A stretch of DNA of 64,000 nucleotides from Clostridia bacterium. GTDB lineage: Bacteria; Bacillota; Clostridia; Oscillospirales; CAG-272. The notes beneath the pieces are model-generated. The model did not search any database and was not told where the DNA came from. It saw only the letters and a program-made list of their open reading frames with translations. A program made the translations under genes and the position numbers. Each line of letters opens with the position of its first letter. Positions within the stretch are counted from its first letter, which is position 1. The stretch lies in contig JAFTUH010000037.1 of assembly GCA_017466375.1 (NCBI GenBank), positions 2,782-66,781 of the forward strand, in the 5' to 3' direction. This document shows, piece by piece, positions 55,443 through 62,564 of this stretch.

Positions 55443-55820
55443 ATGGTTCAGTCGTTACCGCTTTTGCTGCTTGATAACAGCAGTATGATGAGTGTCCTCA
55501 ACGAGGGCGAGTTTCAGTGTCACAACCTCACCTTTGAAGAAGCGAAGCACATCCTGGAAATCCATAATGCGCAGGATATTCTGCAGTGCTTCAACGATCA
55601 TGGCATCGAGACGATCATTTACGATTATCTCGGTATCGAGAAGCGCGAGCTGACTTATAAGCATATCCGCAATATGCGTGTGGGGCAGGATGCTATCGTA
55701 TTCAAACTGTACATTACGCCGTCGGAGACACAGCCGATCCTGCAGGCGGATGACGGCGTGGAAGCGAAGAAGATTCAGAACGTGTACGTTTACTGCCAGT
55801 ATCTCACCCGCTTGAAGTAA
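55443..55820 (+). CDS. Small cytoplasmic protein (125 aa), loosely resembling the DUF1874 (STIV B116-like) family
   Basis: AGGAGG RBS. The pattern LLLLDNSSMMSVL...LTFEEAKHIL...NDHGIETIIYDYLG...VGQDAIVFKL.. parallels my recollection of B116 (FLTNAFSINML...IGHDSTINLVNTL...EGDEALIIM). This is a weak call. Confidence 0.35.
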   Translation: MVQSLPLLLLDNSSMMSVLNEGEFQCHNLTFEEAKHILEIHNAQDILQCFNDHGIETIIYDYLGIEKRELTYKHIRNMRVGQDAIVFKLYITPSETQPILQADDGVEAKKIQNVYVYCQYLTRLK

Positions 55821-55831
55821 AGCGACAAAGG

Positions 55832-55861
55832 AAAAAGCCTTCCGTACGGAAGGCTTTTTGT
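55832..55861. terminator. Bidirectional terminator
   Basis: AAAAAGCCTTCCG-TAC-GGAAGGCTTTTTG lies between convergent genes. Confidence 0.8.
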
Positions 55862-55862
55862 A

Positions 55863-58800
55863 TTACCGGGGCTTTTCGGGAGTGTCGAACGGAGTCGGTC
55901 CCTTCAGCGTTGTGGTGGTAGACAGCGGATACTTATCGGCGTATTTGATGAATCCGAAGCCGTATTCATCCTGGCGCATGCGGGTGATGATCTCCTCACG
56001 CTTGCCGATCACGGCTTCACCGATCAGGTATGCGTACTGGATCTCGCTCCATTTGGACATACCCTCGTAGATGAGGAGGTTATCCGCCTTGCCGTACATC
56101 TTCTTGATTGCCTTGGCATCCCAGTTGACGTACTGCCAGATATGCGTCAGCTCGTGCACCATGGTCATTGTTGCCTTGATGCGCGGCGATCCGTTTTCGA
56201 TCAGGATGGAGTAACCGTCCTTGTCCTTGATCGCGACGCCGAGCACGCGTCCGTCTGCCTTGCCGGTCGGGACGAACGTCTTGCCGAGTCTGCGATGCAG
56301 CTTCTTGGAGTTGACCATCTTGATATTGATCGGATCGTTTATGAGCACGCCGTAGAAGGTTCTCATATTGCGTGCGACCGTTTCGTAGAGTTCTCTGAAC
56401 TCTGCCTCGGACTTGATCGCCGTTCTGCCGCAGGCAATGCAGCGTTCGCGTCCGTCTGCAAGAACCTCGTATTCGGTGCCGGTGAGCTCCGCACCGCAGA
56501 AGTCGCAGAATCTTGCGCCTGCACGGTTCGGATCAAAGCTCTGCTCGATTCTCTCCGCCTCGTTTTTGCCGAGACGTGCCTGTTCGAGGAAGTTGTTGCC
56601 GTAGCCGAGCTTCAAAAGGAAGTCGAGCGTTTCCCTCGTACGGACGGATTCGGGAAGTGTCTTGCCGCCGTAGAGCAGGTAGTAGCTTTCGTGATACGGC
56701 TTCCGGGTGTGATCCGAAATGGCAGAAACCTTTGTTGCACCGTCGCCTTCAAACTCGATCGAGTCGTCTGCGCTGAACAGCATCATGCTGGCGTTGTTCT
56801 GCGTGTTGTCCCCATCATCCGGATCGGTGTCCGTGTCCGTGCTGTCCGCCTCCGGTGCCGGCTCGGTTTTCTTTTCCTTGCGCTTGAAGAGGTTGCTGAA
56901 GAAACCGCCCTTCTTTTTGGGCTTTTCAGCTTCGGGTGCAGGCTCTGCGGGAGTATCCGTAGGATCGGCAGGTGTAGCCACAGGCTCTGCCGGGGTATCC
57001 GCAGGATCGGTAGGCTCTGCAGGGATATCCGCAGGATCGGTAGGCTCTGCCGGGGTATCCGTAGGATCGGTAGGCTCTGCAGGGGTATCCGTGGGATCGG
57101 TAGGCTCTGCCGGGGTATCCGTAGGATCGGTAGGCTCTGCCGGGGTATCCGCAGGATCGGTAGGCTCTGCCGGGGTATCCGCAGGATCGGTAGGCTCTGC
57201 CGGGGTATCCGTGGGATCGATAGGCTCTGCCGGGGTATCCGCAGGATCAGCAGGTACAGCCACAGGCTCTGCCGGCTTTTTCTTTTTCCGCTTGAACAGC
57301 TTTTTGAAGAAATCGCAGATAGCGCCGATGATCTTCATCAGTCCCTTGCGTTCCTTTTTCGGCTTCTCTGCCGCGGCAGGATCGCCGGTGCCGGTACCTG
57401 TACCGCCGGTCGGTGCCGGTGTAGGATCGGGATCAGCACCTGTGCCCTCACTCTTTTCGAGCGTATCGAAGTGCCAGTTCAGATAATCACAGATGATTGC
57501 GAAGATGCGATGCAGGTTTCTCTCCACGCTGACAAGCAAGCCGATATCCAGCTGGCTGTCCTCGATGATGTAGATACTGCTGTCGGATACGTTTTCACCC
57601 GTGAGCGAGTACGTGTACGGAGCTTCTGCGGTGCAGGAGTTGACCGCAGCGATCATGCCCTGATTATCCGCGTACAGCGTGCGGAACACCTCGTTCATCA
57701 GAAGAACGATCGTGTTGAGTACGTCTTTCGGCACATCCATCGTCTCAAAATCGATCTTGAGAATGTGCTTGTTCAGGTACTCACGTTTCGGCACACCGTT
57801 GATGGTGATGCACTTCGCTGTTTCGAAATCGTTGTAGCGGAGCATATTCCAGTATGCGGGCGTTTCCACGGAGATATCTGCGTACTGTCTCGTGACCTTG
57901 ATGCCGCCGATGTCTCTGACGTGACCCATCATAGTGGAGTCAAAAGCAGCGTGCAGCGTGTAGTTGCGCACCTGGCGATACTGCGGTCTGCCCGTGATAT
58001 GATCTGCCGCACGGCGTACGACAACTTTGCCGTCGCTGCTCAGGCGAAGCATCTCGTAATACTTACCGCCGAAGGTGAAGAACTGACCGGGCAAATGCTT
58101 CTGGAAGACGTGTCCGCGCAGCTCCGTACCGAGGTACTGATTCGTACCGTTTTCATCCTCTGCGATGTATTCGGCAGAGCAAAGATCGCCGAGGAACGCG
58201 TTGATGAAGCACGGATCCGTAATGCTGTAGAGCGTCTCCATGCAGCCGGTTTTGTACGAATACGCACGCTTGGATTTGATGATATCCTTCGTGAATTCGT
58301 ACTCTTTCCCGCCGTGACGTACGGTGAGCGTATCTTTGATCGCCTCACCGCTAAAGGATGCGGCGGCGTCTGCGGAGCACTTGCAGATGCCGCGCCACAG
58401 TGCGTCGGGAATATCCTCGCTGTCCATGTGGATGACCGAAAGCTCGCGGTGAAGCTCGTCTTCGGAGACGTGGCAGGAGCTGAGGCGCAGGCAGATCCGA
58501 TAGATCAGATTGCGCTCGGTATCCGCATAGTCCGCGACGATGTAGGGGATCGCCTTGGAGTCAGTGTTGAAGATGGTGTCATTGTCCGCCATGTATCCTT
58601 TGAGCAGGTAGTCGGAGGAGATGACGTTGATGAAGCCCTGCTGCTTTGCGCGGGTGGAGAACTCGCGCTTGACCTCGAACATATTGAAGCTTTCATCCTC
58701 AACGGTCATGTATTTGTGCTTTTCAACCGTTGCGTCCCACATATTCGCCGAGGTGCGGAACACCTCATCCAGATACGCCTGATGCGTCGGCAGGGATGCA

Positions 58801-60506
58801 TAGGAGAGCAGATCGTGGTGATACTGCTTTACGATCCAGTGCATATCGGTGACGGGGAACGACTCACCGCCGTACCACGTCGTTTGCGGGATCTGGTTTT
58901 TCAGTGCGGCGAAGGAGAGCTCCGTACCCACGCCGAGATAGCGGGAGATGTTCGGGAGCAGGCGGTGCTGGAGATTTTCGTTGTCGGCATCCCAACACAT
59001 ATAGGAGGAAGCGCCGCCGGGCTTATTCGTAGCGGATACTTCTTCAATGCTTGTCATCAGGATATGAGACAGCGCATCGACGATACCGTCGCAGTTTTTA
59101 TCCGTCGAGCAGAATACGGGACGGTTTCCGCCGCGTCGGCAGTAGCGCACGATCGAGTTCAGACCGATCTGGGCGGTTGCCACGAGCTTGGACGGCTCGA
59201 TCAGCATCACGAAATCGACCTCGGCAAAGAAGCTTTCGTTTGCCTCATGCAGCTTGAGATCGTGTACGCTGGAGCGTGTGATGATACCTACGTCCAGGTT
59301 CTGCTCCTGCCCGTCCAGAACGCCGATGTTCCACAGCGTCGGGATATGGTTGACAGAGGAAAGACCCTTGCGGCACCAAGCCTCCACACCCTCTTCGATC
59401 GCGTGGCGTCCGAGGATGATCAGCACCTTTTTGTGACGCAGGATGGCGCGGTTCATCGGGTAGAAGATGTACGGAATCAGATCGTAGTAGAAGGGGTTGT
59501 TGAACAGGATGCTCTTACCCTTCAGCAGATCGAGACCGGACATCAGATAGCTCTGGTCAATCTCCAGCCCGCGCGCCATCTTTTTCCGCATGAATTTGCC
59601 GTATGCTTCCACGGCTACGCCGTCATCCTCCTCCAGATCGGAGAGGACTTCGTCATTTGTGCGGGGGGAGAGGAGCGCGTTGTTGTTCGTGGTATTTTCG
59701 CTGAGCAGCTTATCCCCGAACAGGCGGCGCAGGAACTTACGCATCAGCGAGTAGTCAGCGACCATTTCGGTCTCATCCTTCTCACCGGTAATCGTGTTCT
59801 TTTCCACCTTGGGGAATTCGCCGTCCAGGAAGAAATAGATCTCTCCGACGAGGATCACGCTGAATACGGGGTAGTAGAGAGACGCAATGATCTCATAGTC
59901 ATACAGGAACGCCGTGACACCGATACCGATGACGGCAAAGATGAACGACACGATGTAGAGCGTCTTCATCAGCGTGATGCCCTGCTTGAAGTGGGGCTTG
60001 ACGTACCAGCGGTTTTTCAGCTCGTTCTTGTAATACGCGCTCGAGGCAAAGAATTCGAACACACGGTTTCCTTCTCTGGTAAACAGGAGCAGGAAGCGTG
60101 CGATGAACGTCTTGAAAAGCACGTATCCGAGAATGATCAGTGCATTGGAGAGAATCTCCGCCCAGAAGGCGAGGTTGAGATCCTTGAGGAGGTTTTTGAG
60201 TGCCGCAGACAGACGCAGCAAAAGATCGGAAAGATCCGTGAGCAGTCCGTCAAACAGCGTTCCGACCCACAGTGCCAGCTGCTGGATCCAAAGCGGCAGC
60301 TGCGTCATCACAAAGACGAGCAGCGCGTTGATCTTGACGAGCAGCAGAGCCGCAGCAATACAGAAGATCAGTGCCGCAAACGGCATAAAGCACTGGCGGT
60401 GGCGGATGGATTTTTTGAGATTCGCCTTACCGTTGAGCAGTGCCAGCAGGATAAACGGCACGGTCATCAGACACACTCTGAGGAGAAAAAATATCTTATC
60501 AATCAT
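55863..60506 (-). CDS. Giant uncharacterised protein (1547 aa): ~6 N-terminal TM helices, ~900-aa cytoplasmic region, Pro/Thr/Asp repeat linker flanked by Lys-rich amphipathic segments, C-terminal zinc ribbon + DA1-like HExxH metallopeptidase domain
   Basis: Uninterrupted ORF, with an ATG overlapping the upstream gene's stop by 8 nt. CDFCG...CIACG zinc ribbon. MVHELTHIWQY...IYEGMSKWSEIQY resembles the DA1-like peptidase pattern HEMMHAW...EEGICQV. I found no Walker A motif. Confidence 0.75.
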   Translation of the reverse strand: MIDKIFFLLRVCLMTVPFILLALLNGKANLKKSIRHRQCFMPFAALIFCIAAALLLVKINALLVFVMTQLPLWIQQLALWVGTLFDGLLTDLSDLLLRLSAALKNLLKDLNLAFWAEILSNALIILGYVLFKTFIARFLLLFTREGNRVFEFFASSAYYKNELKNRWYVKPHFKQGITLMKTLYIVSFIFAVIGIGVTAFLYDYEIIASLYYPVFSVILVGEIYFFLDGEFPKVEKNTITGEKDETEMVADYSLMRKFLRRLFGDKLLSENTTNNNALLSPRTNDEVLSDLEEDDGVAVEAYGKFMRKKMARGLEIDQSYLMSGLDLLKGKSILFNNPFYYDLIPYIFYPMNRAILRHKKVLIILGRHAIEEGVEAWCRKGLSSVNHIPTLWNIGVLDGQEQNLDVGIITRSSVHDLKLHEANESFFAEVDFVMLIEPSKLVATAQIGLNSIVRYCRRGGNRPVFCSTDKNCDGIVDALSHILMTSIEEVSATNKPGGASSYMCWDADNENLQHRLLPNISRYLGVGTELSFAALKNQIPQTTWYGGESFPVTDMHWIVKQYHHDLLSYASLPTHQAYLDEVFRTSANMWDATVEKHKYMTVEDESFNMFEVKREFSTRAKQQGFINVISSDYLLKGYMADNDTIFNTDSKAIPYIVADYADTERNLIYRICLRLSSCHVSEDELHRELSVIHMDSEDIPDALWRGICKCSADAAASFSGEAIKDTLTVRHGGKEYEFTKDIIKSKRAYSYKTGCMETLYSITDPCFINAFLGDLCSAEYIAEDENGTNQYLGTELRGHVFQKHLPGQFFTFGGKYYEMLRLSSDGKVVVRRAADHITGRPQYRQVRNYTLHAAFDSTMMGHVRDIGGIKVTRQYADISVETPAYWNMLRYNDFETAKCITINGVPKREYLNKHILKIDFETMDVPKDVLNTIVLLMNEVFRTLYADNQGMIAAVNSCTAEAPYTYSLTGENVSDSSIYIIEDSQLDIGLLVSVERNLHRIFAIICDYLNWHFDTLEKSEGTGADPDPTPAPTGGTGTGTGDPAAAEKPKKERKGLMKIIGAICDFFKKLFKRKKKKPAEPVAVPADPADTPAEPIDPTDTPAEPTDPADTPAEPTDPADTPAEPTDPTDTPAEPTDPTDTPAEPTDPTDTPAEPTDPADIPAEPTDPADTPAEPVATPADPTDTPAEPAPEAEKPKKKGGFFSNLFKRKEKKTEPAPEADSTDTDTDPDDGDNTQNNASMMLFSADDSIEFEGDGATKVSAISDHTRKPYHESYYLLYGGKTLPESVRTRETLDFLLKLGYGNNFLEQARLGKNEAERIEQSFDPNRAGARFCDFCGAELTGTEYEVLADGRERCIACGRTAIKSEAEFRELYETVARNMRTFYGVLINDPINIKMVNSKKLHRRLGKTFVPTGKADGRVLGVAIKDKDGYSILIENGSPRIKATMTMVHELTHIWQYVNWDAKAIKKMYGKADNLLIYEGMSKWSEIQYAYLIGEAVIGKREEIITRMRQDEYGFGFIKYADKYPLSTTTTLKGPTPFDTPEKPR
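56941..57275. repeat. About 10 tandem 30-bp units encoding PAEPTDP(A/T)DT
   Basis: The unit TAGGCTCTGCCGGGGTATCCGCAGGATCGG is repeated nearly perfectly inside the 1547-aa ORF. Confidence 0.9.
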
Positions 60507-62502
60507 ACAGCTCTTCTCTCCTTACAGAAATGGTTTTCACAAAATCCACGGGGATCGTGATCGGGAGACCGGAATTCAGAAAATCGATCGTTTTGACGTT
60601 GTTGGCGGAGTAGGGGATCGGATACACATACTCAACCGGTCGCTCGAAGTTGTAATCGTACTCCGTTATGGAGGAGAAATCGCAGTCGCATCCGTCCACC
60701 ATGAACTGACCGAACACCTCGCGTGTGCGCGCTTTAGCGGTGTCGATGTCGAGGATATGCTTCTTGTACAGGATGACCTTGGCGATATCCGGATCCTTAT
60801 AATCCGCAGAGGCGTTGATGACGGAGAATCCCCGACGGACGTTGCAGACGTGTCCGAGGTAGACGGAATACTTCGCCATAGCACCTTCAACGTCGCCGTC
60901 AATGCCGTGCATCGTGCGGTTATACGAATCGAAGCGCTTCGTCAGTGCACGTCTCAGGAAGAACAGCGTGACGAGAGCGATCAGACCAAACAGCCCGAGT
61001 GCGGACAGCGTAATAATGAGGGACGCGGAGATATTGAAGAAATTGGACGCGGCATTTTTGTAGAAGAGCGTGAAGAAGCCGATGACGTACGCGATAAGCG
61101 CGGCGATACCGATGGCAACGGTCGTGCGGCGCGTCATGCGTTCCTCGATCTTCTTACGGATGGAAGCATCTTCCTTCTTCAGACGATCGTAGTACTCGTC
61201 TTCCTCATAGAGATCGGGCAAATCCAGCGCGAGCAGTCCGAGCTCCTCCGTCGCGATGTGCTCTTTCACATCCTCGATCTGGAACTCGTTCAGAAGGCTG
61301 ACCTTGTCGAGATCTCTTTCCTGATTGTCGCGTGCATCCTGTGCGGCGCGTGTCAGGGAGCGTCTGGACTGCTTGAGGAAGCGGTGCAGGGTCTTTTTGG
61401 ATTTGGTGTATTCAGTCTGCCAGATATCCTCGTCATGCGCAGGGCAGTCGGTAGCGAGACCGATCCGTGCCTTGGAGACGAAGAGATCACTCCTGTCGAA
61501 ATCATTGGTGATTGCAACGGGGATATTGATTTTTGCACAGAAGATTTTCTCAGCCTCGGTATCCGTCAGCTTGACTGGCTGTTTTTCCTTCAGAACCTGG
61601 ATGCGCTGTGCGATCAGATCCTTGGTGGCATTCAGCTTTGCTTCATAGGCGAAGAGCAGCTTGCGCAGGGCTTCTTCGTCATTCTCGCATTGGAGGCTGT
61701 AGACGCGATCCGGCGAGAGCGTGCTGAGCGGGATATCGTTGATTGCCAGAAGGAGGGTGGCATACAGAAAACGGATGGAATCAAACAGGTAGTCGCGGTG
61801 TGTTTTCGGCAGGATGTCAAAGACGAGATAGCGCATCTTGTCAAAGTACATATTCCTGTCATAAAACCGGGAATACTCGTTTTCGGTATGCGAGGACCAT
61901 GCAATCTCAAAATCGTTCTCCGAAACGGTGGTGGTACGCTTTGAGATGCAGATGATCTCCTTCGGGGCGGCTGTGTACAGCGGCTCGCCTCCGCGGATAG
62001 CGGCGCGAAGCTGCTGTTTTTTGTAGAACTGTGCCAGATAACGCTCAAAAGCAGGATCGTCCGTCGTTTCCGTTTCGGGTGTTGTGACGGTCGGCGCCTC
62101 ACAGAAGAATGTAGTCAGTCTGGTCAGCGGCTGCCGGGAAGCCTGCTCATAAGCGTGAAGAAGCTTTTCGTGTTCGCTGCGCTGGTGCGCTTCGTATTGT
62201 TCGGCGATGCCGTCATCGACCTCTCCCACGATTGTCTCAGAAAAGGGTTCGGGCTTGAAATCCACGGTGTCGAAGGGGTTTCGCAGTGCGAGACCGCTTT
62301 CGTCACAGATGATGACAGCGCGCCATTCTTTACGTCTGCCTACGGTATCGGGCAGAGACGGAAGCATTTCCGCAAAGCGTTCACCAGCCGTATTCCATTC
62401 GCAAACAGCAAGATCCTTGGAGTCCGTCAGCGGTTTCAGAAACAGCCGGTACTCCTCGATTCTTTCCAGATATTCTTTTTGCGCGATGATAACGGTGAAC
62501 AA
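60499..62502 (-). CDS. Uncharacterised 667-aa protein with coiled-coil region and two TM helices near residue 470-530
   Basis: Long ORF with an apparent TTG start 10 nt after GGAGG. TM helices are VAIGIAALIAYVIGFFTLFY and LIITLSALGLFGLIALVTLFFL. I recognise no enzymatic motif. Confidence 0.7.
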   Translation of the reverse strand: MFTVIIAQKEYLERIEEYRLFLKPLTDSKDLAVCEWNTAGERFAEMLPSLPDTVGRRKEWRAVIICDESGLALRNPFDTVDFKPEPFSETIVGEVDDGIAEQYEAHQRSEHEKLLHAYEQASRQPLTRLTTFFCEAPTVTTPETETTDDPAFERYLAQFYKKQQLRAAIRGGEPLYTAAPKEIICISKRTTTVSENDFEIAWSSHTENEYSRFYDRNMYFDKMRYLVFDILPKTHRDYLFDSIRFLYATLLLAINDIPLSTLSPDRVYSLQCENDEEALRKLLFAYEAKLNATKDLIAQRIQVLKEKQPVKLTDTEAEKIFCAKINIPVAITNDFDRSDLFVSKARIGLATDCPAHDEDIWQTEYTKSKKTLHRFLKQSRRSLTRAAQDARDNQERDLDKVSLLNEFQIEDVKEHIATEELGLLALDLPDLYEEDEYYDRLKKEDASIRKKIEERMTRRTTVAIGIAALIAYVIGFFTLFYKNAASNFFNISASLIITLSALGLFGLIALVTLFFLRRALTKRFDSYNRTMHGIDGDVEGAMAKYSVYLGHVCNVRRGFSVINASADYKDPDIAKVILYKKHILDIDTAKARTREVFGQFMVDGCDCDFSSITEYDYNFERPVEYVYPIPYSANNVKTIDFLNSGLPITIPVDFVKTISVRREELYD

Positions 62503-62564
62503 TGATTCATCACCTCCGTATTACCTGCCTGCAGTCGTGCCGCAGGCAGGGATACCGTACATCA

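Noticed and set aside
53749-57275. Tandem 12-bp and 30-bp repeats as CRISPR or non-coding VNTR
   Set aside because: The units are contiguous with no spacers. They lie in frame inside long ORFs and encode TEPE and PAEPTDPxDT linkers.
56142-61944. 1472-aa and 613-aa plus-strand ORFs (56142-60560, 60103-61944) opposite the large minus-strand operon
   Set aside because: The translations are Arg/Gly/Ala/Val-rich, typical of GC-rich antisense frames. They lack an RBS and overlap two different minus-strand genes. The minus-strand products have coherent TM helices, a zinc ribbon and an HExxH motif.
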